Assembly: GCA_944325625.1 (NCBI GenBank)
Contig: CALVAP010000001.1
Coordinates: 9,649 to 73,648, forward strand
Length of the DNA stretch: 64,000 bases
Origin: Candidatus Gastranaerophilales bacterium
GTDB taxonomy: Bacteria; Cyanobacteriota; Vampirovibrionia; Gastranaerophilales; Gastranaerophilaceae
Direction: 5' to 3'
The notes below the pieces were generated by a model, which was given only the letters and a program-made list of their open reading frames with translations, was not told the DNA's origin and did no database searches. This document shows, piece by piece, positions 55,222-64,000 of the stretch (position 1 is its first letter; each line of letters starts with the position of its first letter). The position numbers and the translations under genes were made by a program.

Positions 55222-56487
55222 ATGACTAATACACAAACAATAAACGGAGTACAAATAACGCAAGCGCAATTGGCGCAACTGCAAGCTCAGGGCGTAAACA
55301 TTAGCCAGTTGAATGGGCTTAGTTCAGCACAACTGTCGGCACTTCTAAGTGGAAATTCGGTAAATATAAACCAGCTAAATAGTTTTGGATTACTGACTGC
55401 CCAAAATAACGTACTTTCACAGATGCTTAGCGGTAATACACAGTTAGTTGGGTCTTTGCCAAACATGAATACGTTGGCAAATCCGAGTATGAGCGCAGCT
55501 CAAGCTATTGCCATGTTCGAGCAGTTGTCCGGAGGGTATTTAACAAGTAGTGGCTTAAATTTAAGCGGAATTATGAGTCAAACCGGTGGTGGTGGATATA
55601 ATTTTGGTGCGGTTAATTACATGTCACTTAGTCCTAATGACCGTAAGTTTATGCAGAATATGAGTCTTGCTGCTATGGGATTACAGGCATTAGGTAGTTT
55701 ATTTGGCTCTTCCAGTGCCAATGGTAGCAACCCTATGGCTGCAAAAGCTTTTGGTATGGCAACTAATATGCTTACGTCATCAGAAAGAGGCAATAATGAT
55801 ATAGTCGTTGATGCTGATAATGGTATCCAACATGTTAATACAGGACTTTCTACAGGTATTGATAATGCTATTAAATCCATTAAATCCGGTGGTAAAGTTA
55901 CTGCTGATATACAAACCCAACTTACAAGTGCAAAGACTTCTTTAGGCATTTTGGATTCACAAATTTCAACTTTAGAAGGCGAAGTTGCTAAGCTTGAAAA
56001 ACAAGAGGCTCAAGCTAGGAATAGTGTTAATCAAGTTAATGCAGAAGAACAAAAAATCAATGATAAATCTAAACAACAAAAAATAGAGCAATATCAGAAT
56101 ATTGAAGCGCAATATGCAGATAAGCAGGCAACGGCGGATAAACTCAAAAATGACTATGAAATGACGCCTGAAACGATTACCGATGAGAACGGTAAAACGG
56201 TTAAAAACCCGCAAAAAGAAGCGGTTAAAAATCAGTATGAACAAGCTCAAAAAGAAGCGGAGCAATTAAAGGCACAAAAAGATAAGCTGAAACAGGAAAT
56301 TGATAAAGATCCGCAAATGAAATCAGTTGCAGACAAGACAGATAGTATTTGTGAATTTTATTCTAACTATAAAATAAAAAAAGCAGATTTAGCAAATAAA
56401 AAAGAGTTTAGAAAAAATTTGGCAACTAAAATAGATGAACTGGAAAAGTTGACTACTCAAAAATCAGGCGGAACATCAACTGACTAG
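55222..56487 (+). CDS. Hypothetical Q/N/S-rich protein with C-terminal coiled coil
   Basis: 421 aa. RBS AAGGTAGG. The N-terminus has short QL/NQL repeats (AQLAQLQAQGVNISQLNGLSSAQLSALLSGNSVNINQLNS). The C-terminal ~170 aa is heptad-rich K/E/Q. Confidence 0.65.
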   Translation: MTNTQTINGVQITQAQLAQLQAQGVNISQLNGLSSAQLSALLSGNSVNINQLNSFGLLTAQNNVLSQMLSGNTQLVGSLPNMNTLANPSMSAAQAIAMFEQLSGGYLTSSGLNLSGIMSQTGGGGYNFGAVNYMSLSPNDRKFMQNMSLAAMGLQALGSLFGSSSANGSNPMAAKAFGMATNMLTSSERGNNDIVVDADNGIQHVNTGLSTGIDNAIKSIKSGGKVTADIQTQLTSAKTSLGILDSQISTLEGEVAKLEKQEAQARNSVNQVNAEEQKINDKSKQQKIEQYQNIEAQYADKQATADKLKNDYEMTPETITDENGKTVKNPQKEAVKNQYEQAQKEAEQLKAQKDKLKQEIDKDPQMKSVADKTDSICEFYSNYKIKKADLANKKEFRKNLATKIDELEKLTTQKSGGTSTD

Positions 56488-56499
56488 AAAACAAAATTT

Positions 56500-56523
56500 A
56501 AGCCGTGGTATATACCACGGCTT
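56500..56523. terminator. Terminator between convergent genes
   Basis: aagccgtggta-tataccacggctt followed by TTTTT. The convergent gene's stop codon (56526-56528) lies in the T-run. Confidence 0.8.
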
Positions 56524-56525
56524 TT

Positions 56526-56915
56526 TTATTCTTCGGATTCTTCTTCTATGTCAATCTCATCATCTTTATTTTCTTTGATTTTATCAAGAACCATTTTTGC
56601 TATTTCTTTTGCGGCAATTGTCTGAATTTGTTCGGATGAATTTTCCAGCATTGTGATAGCTGTTCTTACAGTTTTGTCTATGTCGTACCAACGAGCATTC
56701 CCTCTGCCTTCGACTCCTTCTTCTACGGCACTGAGAATATCTCCTACTGCTTCAAACTCGTTTGATGATATATTGTGCTCAATTATAATCTTTATAAGAT
56801 TTAGGGCAACCTTTATTTGAGTTTCGTCATCAGTTTCTTCGAGGGTTTTCATAGATTTGGAAAGAAGCGGATCCCTATCGTACCAGCGTCTTTTGTCATA
56901 ATATTCTTCTCTCAT
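56526..56915 (-). CDS. Hypothetical acidic protein with duplicated RWYD motif
   Basis: 129 aa. Strong RBS AAGGAGG. RRWYDRDP occurs near the N-terminus and ARWYDIDK mid-protein. The tail is poly-acidic. Confidence 0.6.
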   Translation of the reverse strand: MREEYYDKRRWYDRDPLLSKSMKTLEETDDETQIKVALNLIKIIIEHNISSNEFEAVGDILSAVEEGVEGRGNARWYDIDKTVRTAITMLENSSEQIQTIAAKEIAKMVLDKIKENKDDEIDIEEESEE

Positions 56916-56924
56916 ACAGCCTCC

Positions 56925-57200
56925 TTAACCTAGTTTGAATGTTACGCCTTTTCCGTTACGAGGGTAGTCCCATTTTAGTGATTTTTTCTCACAAATTATT
57001 TTACAGGCACCACATTCAAGACAGTTCTCATAATTTACTATTAATTTGCGGTTTTCTTCATCCCATTCATACACGCTTGCAGGACATATTATTGTGCATA
57101 TTTTACTTTTGCATTCTTTGCAATCTGCCGCACATGGATTAAGATGCGAAACCGTATCACAATTGTACTTTAATTTATTTAATTTGTCATCAATATTCAT
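56925..57200 (-). CDS. fixX: Ferredoxin-like protein FixX
   Basis: 91 aa. CPASVYEW...NCLECGACKIIC...WDYPRNGKGVTF is the FixX pattern. Overlaps the fixC stop by 4 nt. Confidence 0.85.
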   Translation of the reverse strand: MNIDDKLNKLKYNCDTVSHLNPCAADCKECKSKICTIICPASVYEWDEENRKLIVNYENCLECGACKIICEKKSLKWDYPRNGKGVTFKLG

Positions 57201-58495
57201 TTTAAAACTCCCATGACAGATTTTATTATTGTGAATATATCACAAATTAATTCTCTAAGACTTCTGTCGGTGAACCATGAACAAATGTATTTTCTGAATT
57301 CTTGTTTCTTTGGCTTAGCGTTGACAGTTGTAAATATTTTGAAGAATTCTGCAATTTTTTTAGGATAATATCCAAAAAAAGATGCACTGCGTGGTTCAAT
57401 ATTGTTTAGTATATCTTTATATGTTTTTAAATCTTTTATTACATATGAGTTTTCCAATTTTTGCTGATATAAAGAGAGGCTGTTTTCACTGAAATCGTTG
57501 TTATTTAATGCCTCAATTGCTGTTTCCGCAGCGAGTTTTCCGCTTTTGAAGGCAAGATTTGTTCCTTCCCAATGAAGGTTGTTAACAAGCATAGCTGCAT
57601 CACCTGCTATCATTACACCGTTTGCGTATAGTTTTGGAATTTTTTTAAATCCGCCTTCAGGAATTAAATGCGCACTGTATTCTTGTAGTTCCCCGTCTTT
57701 TATTAATGGGGCTATTGTCGGGTGTTTTTTGAGTTCCTCTAGGACATCATTTACATTAAGCTTTTGTTTTTTGATGTCTTCCAGACCTATTCCCAGTCCT
57801 ATTGATATTGAGTTCTTGTTAGTATATAAAAAGCCAAGCCCAAGTTCCTTATCCATAGGATATCCTATGAATTCGCAAACACAGCCTGTATTATCATTGA
57901 GATTGAAACGTTCATTGATTATATTTTTGTCAAGTTTGTAGACTTCCTTAACTGCAAGCGCAACATTTTTGGGTTTAATTGTTTTTCTCATTTCCAATTG
58001 TTTTGCAAGCAGAGAGTTTACTCCGTCTGCGATTATGACAATATCTGAATAGTATTCTTCAAGGTCTGTTTTTATTCCTATAACTCTGCCTTTATCCAAT
58101 ATCAAACTTTTTACAACCGTATTTGGTGCAAAATATGCTCCTGCTTTTTTTGCCTGTTCTACACACCAACTGTCAAATTTTGCTCGAATTATGCTACAGC
58201 TGTTTTTTGTATATTCTTGTGTTTTGTAGCTTATTGTTGTGGATTGTTCCTTTGTTAATAAAACGTATCTATGTTCAATGTTAAAACGTTCGATAGGTGC
58301 ATCTTCAAGAAAATTCGGAAATATTTCTTTAGTTGGTTCTACATATATTGCACCGCCAAACATATTCTTTGCACCAGCAAATGAGCCTCTTTCAACAATT
58401 AAAACTTTTTTGTTTGCTCTTGCAAGTGTAATTCCTGCTGCTATTCCTGCAGGACCGGCTCCTACTATAATTACTTCAATTTTATTTTGTTCCAT
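57197..58495 (-). CDS. fixC: FAD-dependent oxidoreductase FixC (electron-transfer-flavoprotein:quinone oxidoreductase-like)
   Basis: VIIVGAGPAGIAAG dinucleotide fold, IIADG, GDAAMLVN. Paired with fixX. Confidence 0.85.
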   Translation of the reverse strand: MEQNKIEVIIVGAGPAGIAAGITLARANKKVLIVERGSFAGAKNMFGGAIYVEPTKEIFPNFLEDAPIERFNIEHRYVLLTKEQSTTISYKTQEYTKNSCSIIRAKFDSWCVEQAKKAGAYFAPNTVVKSLILDKGRVIGIKTDLEEYYSDIVIIADGVNSLLAKQLEMRKTIKPKNVALAVKEVYKLDKNIINERFNLNDNTGCVCEFIGYPMDKELGLGFLYTNKNSISIGLGIGLEDIKKQKLNVNDVLEELKKHPTIAPLIKDGELQEYSAHLIPEGGFKKIPKLYANGVMIAGDAAMLVNNLHWEGTNLAFKSGKLAAETAIEALNNNDFSENSLSLYQQKLENSYVIKDLKTYKDILNNIEPRSASFFGYYPKKIAEFFKIFTTVNAKPKKQEFRKYICSWFTDRSLRELICDIFTIIKSVMGVLK

Positions 58496-58505
58496 TTGTT
58501 AGTCC

Positions 58506-59237
58506 TTAAAGATAGAATAACATATTTATTATAAAGTCAGATACCAAAAGTATTATTGTCGCTTTTATTGCACCTTGAGTAACCGCGTTACCGACATCAA
58601 CTGCTCCTCCGGTTGTTTTGTAGCCCTGTGTTGCTGTTACGGTTGTTATTACTATTCCAAATACAGATGCTTTTAGTAAGCTTATGTATATATCTTTTGT
58701 GTTTAGCCATAACCAAACGGTGTTCATATATCTGTTAAAATGCAGGTCGATTGCACTGTTTGCTACTACCATGCCTGCTAATATACCAAAAAGTTCGGCA
58801 ATTAGAACTACCATGGGTGTTGTCAATGCGGCTGATATTATTTTGGGTGTGAAGTAATATCCTATTGGATTAACGTTCATGGTCTTTATAGCATCAACCT
58901 GTTCAGTTACTTGCATATTGGCAATTTCGGCACAAATCGCAGTGCCTGCGCGTGCACTAATAGCCAAGGCTGCAAATCCCGGAGCTATTTCACGTATCAA
59001 TACTATTGCTATTGAGCCTCCTACGTAATCTTCGGCCCCTGTCATAAGAAATTGTTTTGATACTTGAAGTGCGATTACGGCTGCTGCGATCATTACTATT
59101 GTTAACGAAATTGGTAATGAATCATAACTAAATGATGCAGCCTGATTTAGCACCTCTTTAAACCGCACTTGTTTACTTAAAAGGTATTTGATACAAATAA
59201 CTAAATTTTGAACGCAAAGCCCTATAAATTTAATCAT
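58506..59237 (-). CDS. mlaE: ABC transporter permease, MlaE/YrbE family
   Basis: 243 aa. VLIREIAPGFAALAISARAGTAICAEIANMQVTEQVDA is the MlaE signature block. Confidence 0.85.
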   Translation of the reverse strand: MIKFIGLCVQNLVICIKYLLSKQVRFKEVLNQAASFSYDSLPISLTIVMIAAAVIALQVSKQFLMTGAEDYVGGSIAIVLIREIAPGFAALAISARAGTAICAEIANMQVTEQVDAIKTMNVNPIGYYFTPKIISAALTTPMVVLIAELFGILAGMVVANSAIDLHFNRYMNTVWLWLNTKDIYISLLKASVFGIVITTVTATQGYKTTGGAVDVGNAVTQGAIKATIILLVSDFIINMLFYL

Positions 59238-59240
59238 TCT

Positions 59241-60161
59241 TTATTTTACCGGAGTACACCATTTTCTATATTTTTCAACCTTACCACGAACTACATCAAA
59301 GTATAGCGATTGAATTTTCTTTGCAATCGGACCAACTTCTCCGTTGCCTAATGGTCTGTTGTCTATTTTGGTAATTGGGCTAACCTGTGCGCCTGTTCCA
59401 CAATAGAATGCCTCATCAGCTATGTATAGCTCTGTTCTGTCGATATCACGTTGAATTGTTTCTATGCCAAGTTCTTCTTTTGCTAATTCTATTATGGTAT
59501 TTCTTGTTACGCCTACAAGAATATTATCGGTTGTTTTGGTTGTTATAAGTTTTCCATTTTCAACCAAGAATAAGTTCATTGCCGAACCTTCTGTTACGTG
59601 TCCGTTTTCAGAAAGAACAATAGCATCGTCAAATCCGGCTCTTTTGGCATCGGTTACAATCAAAGCGGCGTTTGCGTAACCTCCGCTTACTTTTGCTCTC
59701 GGAGGAATGGCGTTGTCTTCAAGCCTTCTCCAGCTTGATACGCATACGCTTAGTCCTTTTGTTAAGTCAATATAATCACCAAGCGGGCAGGTGAAAATTA
59801 ACACCCCGTCCGGATTGTCATATAGTCCGGGACCAACCTTTTGTGCTTTTTTGAAGATTGTTGGTCTGATGTATGCGTCTGTTTTGTAATTGTTTTTCTT
59901 AAGAAGCTCTATTGTTATGTCACAAAGTTCTTCTATTGAATATTTCATTTCCATGCACATTATTCTTGCACTTCTGGAAATTCTTTCGTAGTGCTCTTTC
60001 ATTCTAAATATAAACATTGAATCATCTTCTGCATTGTAATATGCTCTGATGCCTTCAAAAACTGATGTTCCATATAAAAATGCGTGTGTTCTTACCGGTA
60101 TTGATGCTGTTTTGGCATCTACATATTCGCCTTCTAAAAATACAAATTCTTGTTGTGACAT
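59241..60161 (-). CDS. ilvE: Branched-chain amino acid aminotransferase
   Basis: FEGIRAY, YIRP, GGYANAAL, TEGSAMNLF, GVTR. ATG 60161 follows GGGGGAA. The track ORF extends to 60200. Confidence 0.9.
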   Translation of the reverse strand: MSQQEFVFLEGEYVDAKTASIPVRTHAFLYGTSVFEGIRAYYNAEDDSMFIFRMKEHYERISRSARIMCMEMKYSIEELCDITIELLKKNNYKTDAYIRPTIFKKAQKVGPGLYDNPDGVLIFTCPLGDYIDLTKGLSVCVSSWRRLEDNAIPPRAKVSGGYANAALIVTDAKRAGFDDAIVLSENGHVTEGSAMNLFLVENGKLITTKTTDNILVGVTRNTIIELAKEELGIETIQRDIDRTELYIADEAFYCGTGAQVSPITKIDNRPLGNGEVGPIAKKIQSLYFDVVRGKVEKYRKWCTPVK

Positions 60162-60241
60162 AATTATTCCCCCATATTCTCTTAGTTTATCATACTCCAA
60201 AATATAACTTGTGCAAAATTTATTAACAAATATAACGCAAA

Positions 60242-60943
60242 TTAAAGCGGATTAGACTTTGCCATACCAACTTTTCTGGGAAAGTCTTTTGGAGTTTTAT
60301 TTGTTTTTTTAATAATTACAAGGTTTCGTTCAAAGTTTTCTTCCAGTGGAAGCTCATATTTGATGATTTTTTCAATTTTGAAGTTTAAAATTTCTAAGGC
60401 ATTTTGTGCGTGATTTATTTCTTCATTAACAATTTTTGATTTATATGCAACAAAATATCCGCCGACTTTAATGAAAGGTGCTGCGTATTCAAGAATTACG
60501 TTTAAAGGTGCTACAGCTCTTGAGGTTGCTATATCAAAATTTTCAAGGTAACTTATTGGCAATTCTTCGGCTCTTGCAACGATTGCTGTCAGGTTTTTCA
60601 ATTTTAGCTCTTGTGCCAATTTATTTATAAATTTAATTTTCTTGGCGATAGAATCTACTGCAAATATATTTATTTTGTTATTTAACAATGCAATCGGACA
60701 TGCGGGAAACCCGCCCCCTGTTCCTATGTCCAAAAGCTTTTTGCATTCTTTAAATCCTTTAAAAAGATTTATCGATAGCGAGTCATAGAGGTGTTTTTCG
60801 AAAAAAACTTTTTCATCATTTTTGCTTATCAGGTTTGTGTGAGCGTTGTATGCTAAAAAATTTTCTTGATAGAGGGTTAACAGCTTTTCTGTTTCGGGTG
60901 TTATTTCAAGATTAAGGTTTTTAAGAAGATTAAGTTTCATCAT
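60242..60943 (-). CDS. rsmG: 16S rRNA (guanine527-N7)-methyltransferase RsmG
   Basis: HLYDSL, LLDIGTGGGFP SAM motif, ATSRAVA. Confidence 0.88.
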   Translation of the reverse strand: MMKLNLLKNLNLEITPETEKLLTLYQENFLAYNAHTNLISKNDEKVFFEKHLYDSLSINLFKGFKECKKLLDIGTGGGFPACPIALLNNKINIFAVDSIAKKIKFINKLAQELKLKNLTAIVARAEELPISYLENFDIATSRAVAPLNVILEYAAPFIKVGGYFVAYKSKIVNEEINHAQNALEILNFKIEKIIKYELPLEENFERNLVIIKKTNKTPKDFPRKVGMAKSNPL

Positions 60944-63350
60944 TGTATCTAAATCCGTTTGCTGTTAGATTATACTGTGTTTCTCCAAGTTTAATTTTAA
61001 GGTCTTTTAGCCTTGTTTCTATTTTCGATTTATTTTCTTTATCTGTTTCTGTATCTAGGAAGTGGTTTGCGCTTAAATAGGCTTTAATTGCCTGAGGATA
61101 TTGGTGCTGTCTGTAGTAGTAGTCACCAATTTCCAAATAAGCTGAGGCTATATAAAGTTTGTCGCCAAGTCTTTTTGTCGCTTGCAGCGCGTTGAGTAGA
61201 AACTTGTAGCTTGTTTGTTTGTCTCTATTTTCATATATTGCGGATAACTTTGTATAAACAAAGTACATTCCTTCATTATTGTGGGTTGATTTGTCTGCTT
61301 CGAGAGCTTTTTGGTAAAAGGTTAGTGCGTTACGAATATCTTCTCGTTCATAGTATATTCCCGCAAGATTCGAGTATGCTGATGAAAGATAGATATTTTT
61401 TTGTGGGTTAGGACAAACATTGATACAGTTTTGGTAGCATTCCATAGCTTGTGTCTGTTGGTTTGTATCATCCAACAGGAGCCCGTATTTGAAGTATGCA
61501 GTGCTTAAAATCTCTTTGTCATCGGTCTTGAGCGCATTGTCTAAGGCTTTTTTGTATAAAGATTTAGCAAGGATTACGTTTGAAGATAAATCTTCGATGT
61601 CTGCTAAAAGATTATACGATTTGGCAAGCAATTTAGCGGGATTTTCTGTCTGTGAGTTAAGAATTTTATCAATACAGTTTTTGGCTACGTAGAACTTATA
61701 GTTGTTTTTATATTCAAGTGCAAGTTCGTACATGGCTTCGTTTGCAAGAGTGAATTGCTTTTGTTGAAAATAAGTTTCGTATGCAAGTGTTAGACATTGA
61801 ATTGCATTTTCGTGGCTATGAGTTTTTACATAGCATTGTGCCATTTTGACAAGTATATTCGGACGTTTTAGCCCAAAGGCAGTATCTTGATTTTTTTCTA
61901 ACGCTTTTTGGTAGTAAAAAATGGCACTTTGATAGTCAAAATCTCTCTCATACTTTTCCGCCAGTTTGACATAATCATCCAGATTGTAGGCAGGGTTGAT
62001 ATGAGGTTCTTTTCTTGTGGGAAGAATTTCAGTTTCTAAGTTTAACTCTATTGGAGATGTTATTGTTGTAGTTTGTTCTTTGGTGTCAGTTGTCGGTTGT
62101 GCGGGTGCTTCTGATTTTGAGTTCATTGTGCTGAAGGTTATACCGCTTTCTGTTCTCATTCCTGAGGCATGATAGTTTTCTACAAAGCTTTCGTGATAAG
62201 CTTTTTCTCTCCTCATTGTGTTTCTTGAAATTGTTAAAATTCTTTCTGTCGGTTTTTTCGGTAACATACTTTCGTAGAAGTTTGCCAAATAGTTATGAAT
62301 TTTTAGGGTCGAAAACTGATCAATTTCTTTCTCTATTTCTTTTTTGAAGTAATCTTTTACATAAACATTTGTTTTATCTTCATTTAGAATAAGAATATTT
62401 TTTAAGTAACTAACTTCCGTTACACTATTTTTTGTGAGTTGGGCGAGGAACTCAGGTGTTGCCGCAGTTCTAATAAGTGTAAGAATGTAAACAAGTTCAC
62501 GTGAGCGTTCAGGGATTAGGGAAATGAATTTTCCTATCAAAAAATTTGAAAAATTGGTTTTTTTCATTTCAAACTCATACATTAGCTCCTCAAGCGAGAT
62601 ATTGAAGGTTTGAAGAATTTTTATTGTCATATCAATATATTTTAGATAGCAACGGGAACCGGAGATAAGCTTTTTTAAGCTTTCTTGAGTTGTTTTTATA
62701 TTATATCGTGTGAAGTATTGTTCAATTATATCTTCATCAATGGAAGTTATAATTGCTTTATCATAATCCACATTTCGTTCTATCAATATCTGTGAGTCGA
62801 AGCTTCTTGATACAAATATAACTTTAAATTTGTCTATTGATGCAAGGTGGAAAAGAAAATCATTTATAATTCCGCTTGTATCCTCATATTTTAGGACATT
62901 CTCGTATGATTCCAAGACTAAAAGCATGGGTTTTTCTATGTTTTTGACGTAGTATTGAATGCGTTCGCGAAAATCTTTTGTGTCAATTTTAGGTAATACG
63001 GTTTTTTCGTTCTTTTGAAATTCTCTAAAATCTAAGGTCAGGTTGAGCAATATATCATCAAGCGTTGTAGCTTCATACATTTGGTATCTGAAAAGCAGCA
63101 CCTCATCATTGAGGTAGGAAATGGCTTCATCAAGAATTTTACTTTTTCCCACCCCTTGAAATCCTGAAAGAATAAAGCAGTCCTTTGGACCTGAAAGAAA
63201 ATCAAAAATCTGTGTAAACTTATCTTTGTTTTGCTCAAAGAAAAGATAGTCCCTTCTGTCTTGATTAAGTTCCAGTGTGGATGTTATTCCGAATTTGACA
63301 AAATTATATCTCATTTTTTTATTGTACAATATATTACAAAAAATACGCAT
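60930..63350 (-). CDS. STAND/AAA-type NTPase with C-terminal TPR repeats
   Basis: Walker A GFQGVGKSKI ~55 aa from the N-terminus, Walker B-like MLLVLESYEN, a helical/wHTH-like middle region, a T/P/Q linker, then ~8 TPR-like units (e.g. AIFYYQKALE, ALTFYQKALE, AIKAYLSA). An alternative start is at 63314. The stop overlaps rsmG by 14 nt. Confidence 0.75.
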   Translation of the reverse strand: MRIFCNILYNKKMRYNFVKFGITSTLELNQDRRDYLFFEQNKDKFTQIFDFLSGPKDCFILSGFQGVGKSKILDEAISYLNDEVLLFRYQMYEATTLDDILLNLTLDFREFQKNEKTVLPKIDTKDFRERIQYYVKNIEKPMLLVLESYENVLKYEDTSGIINDFLFHLASIDKFKVIFVSRSFDSQILIERNVDYDKAIITSIDEDIIEQYFTRYNIKTTQESLKKLISGSRCYLKYIDMTIKILQTFNISLEELMYEFEMKKTNFSNFLIGKFISLIPERSRELVYILTLIRTAATPEFLAQLTKNSVTEVSYLKNILILNEDKTNVYVKDYFKKEIEKEIDQFSTLKIHNYLANFYESMLPKKPTERILTISRNTMRREKAYHESFVENYHASGMRTESGITFSTMNSKSEAPAQPTTDTKEQTTTITSPIELNLETEILPTRKEPHINPAYNLDDYVKLAEKYERDFDYQSAIFYYQKALEKNQDTAFGLKRPNILVKMAQCYVKTHSHENAIQCLTLAYETYFQQKQFTLANEAMYELALEYKNNYKFYVAKNCIDKILNSQTENPAKLLAKSYNLLADIEDLSSNVILAKSLYKKALDNALKTDDKEILSTAYFKYGLLLDDTNQQTQAMECYQNCINVCPNPQKNIYLSSAYSNLAGIYYEREDIRNALTFYQKALEADKSTHNNEGMYFVYTKLSAIYENRDKQTSYKFLLNALQATKRLGDKLYIASAYLEIGDYYYRQHQYPQAIKAYLSANHFLDTETDKENKSKIETRLKDLKIKLGETQYNLTANGFRYNDET

Positions 63351-63412
63351 AGTTTTAAAAGAGTAATTTTTGTTGTAGAATACATTTATTAAATTAATGA
63401 GGAGTATAAAAT

Positions 63413-64000
63413 ATGTTAATGCAAGGTAAAAAAGGTATTATTTTTGGAGTGAGTAACAAATTTGGTATTGCAAATGCAATAGCGGAACAACTCCATGCAG
63501 CAGGGGCTGAGATTGCTTTTACATACGCTAATGAAGCGATGAAAGGGCGTGTAACCCCTATTGCCGAATCTATGAATTCTAAAATGATTGTAGAATGTGA
63601 TGTTACAAATGAAGAACATCTTGAAAGAACATTCAAGCAGTATGAACAAACATATGGGAAATTGGACTTTATGGTTCATGCGGTTGCTTTTGCTAACAAA
63701 GAAGATTTGATGGGTGAGTTCATTAATACATCAAAAGATGGTTGGAATTTAGCAATGGGCGTAAGTGCATATTCACTTGTTGCAATGTGTAGACATGCAA
63801 GACCTTTGTTTAATGAGGGTGCTGCTGTTCTATCACTTACTTACCTTGGCGGTGAAAAAATGGTTGCTAACTATAATGTTATGGGGGTTGCTAAAGCGGC
63901 GTTGGAATCTTCTTCCAGATATTTGGCTACGGACTTGGGTAAAAATGGTGTTCGTGTAAATTGCCTTTCGGCAGGTGCGGTTAAAACGCTTGCAGCTAAA
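63413..64000 (+). CDS. fabI: Enoyl-[acyl-carrier-protein] reductase (NADH) FabI, partial (runs off window end)
   Basis: RBS TGAGGAG. MLMQGKKGIIFGVSNKFGIANAIAEQL and YNVMGVAKAALESSSRYLA (Y-x6-K). The frame is open to position 64000, which is why it is absent from the track. Confidence 0.88.
   Translation, partial: MLMQGKKGIIFGVSNKFGIANAIAEQLHAAGAEIAFTYANEAMKGRVTPIAESMNSKMIVECDVTNEEHLERTFKQYEQTYGKLDFMVHAVAFANKEDLMGEFINTSKDGWNLAMGVSAYSLVAMCRHARPLFNEGAAVLSLTYLGGEKMVANYNVMGVAKAALESSSRYLATDLGKNGVRVNCLSAGAVKTLAAK

Noticed and set aside
60930-63350. Calling the STAND/TPR protein an Avs-type antiphage defence gene.
   Set aside because: There is no N-terminal effector (nuclease, protease, TIR, SIR2) domain and no neighbouring defence or mobile genes. 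It is embedded in a housekeeping operon, so a defence call is unsupported.

Overview
This is an AT-rich, gene-dense chromosomal segment (roughly one-third G+C by eye). It carries about 70 protein genes on both strands, with short intergenic gaps and several convergent gene pairs whose ends overlap. I found no rRNA, tRNA, CRISPR array, transposase or integrase.

Most of the content is housekeeping:
- nusB-ftsY and a truncated spc-type ribosomal cluster (rpsE-rpmD-rplO-secY ... adk-map).
- miaA, recF, purA, mrnC, rlmN, a UvrD/PcrA-type helicase, a GH57 glycoside hydrolase, prs-glmU.
- A Fur-family/rubredoxin/rubrerythrin operon next to a DtxR-family regulator.
- leuC, with leuD-leuB 15 kb away, and three flagellar rod genes (flgF/flgG/flgB-like).
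- fba, asnS, tyrS, fixC-fixX, mlaE, ilvE, rsmG and a partial fabI.

All product calls rest on motifs read by eye in the translations; no database search was possible.

Lineage is an inference only. The long-form NusB next to FtsY, a PBS-lyase-type HEAT-repeat protein, GH57, anaerobe redox genes, flagellar genes and a prepilin-like gene fit a non-photosynthetic cyanobacteria-related (Melainabacteria-like) or similar low-GC anaerobe.

Most interesting observations:
1. A tight four-gene operon at 3512-7607: a REC-GAF histidine kinase with a degenerate GGDEF-like tail, a CheY-like receiver, a PilB/GspE-derived protein that keeps an MshEN-like N-domain but has lost its His box, and an 85-aa protein. 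It is transcribed divergently from a protein of more than 1076 aa with coiled-coil and 59-aa tandem repeats.
2. A Fur-family gene split by a frameshift in a T9/A9 homopolymer, directly behind a perfect 7-1-7 Fur box.
3. A promoter-to-terminator unit without an ORF at 54974-55162 containing a roughly 100-nt element closed by a 12-bp stem, which could be a novel sRNA, a riboswitch-like leader or a MITE.
4. An orphan intrinsic terminator in a 509-bp ORF-poor region upstream of the rod genes.
5. A lysine/asparagine-rich protein with a degenerate kinase-like ATPase tail, whose start codon abuts a 13-bp stem.
6. An effector-less STAND/TPR NTPase fused into a housekeeping operon.

Two real genes fall below the ORF-track cutoff (rpmD and rubredoxin). 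Two edge-truncated genes are absent from the track (1..3228 on the minus strand, and fabI at 63413..64000).
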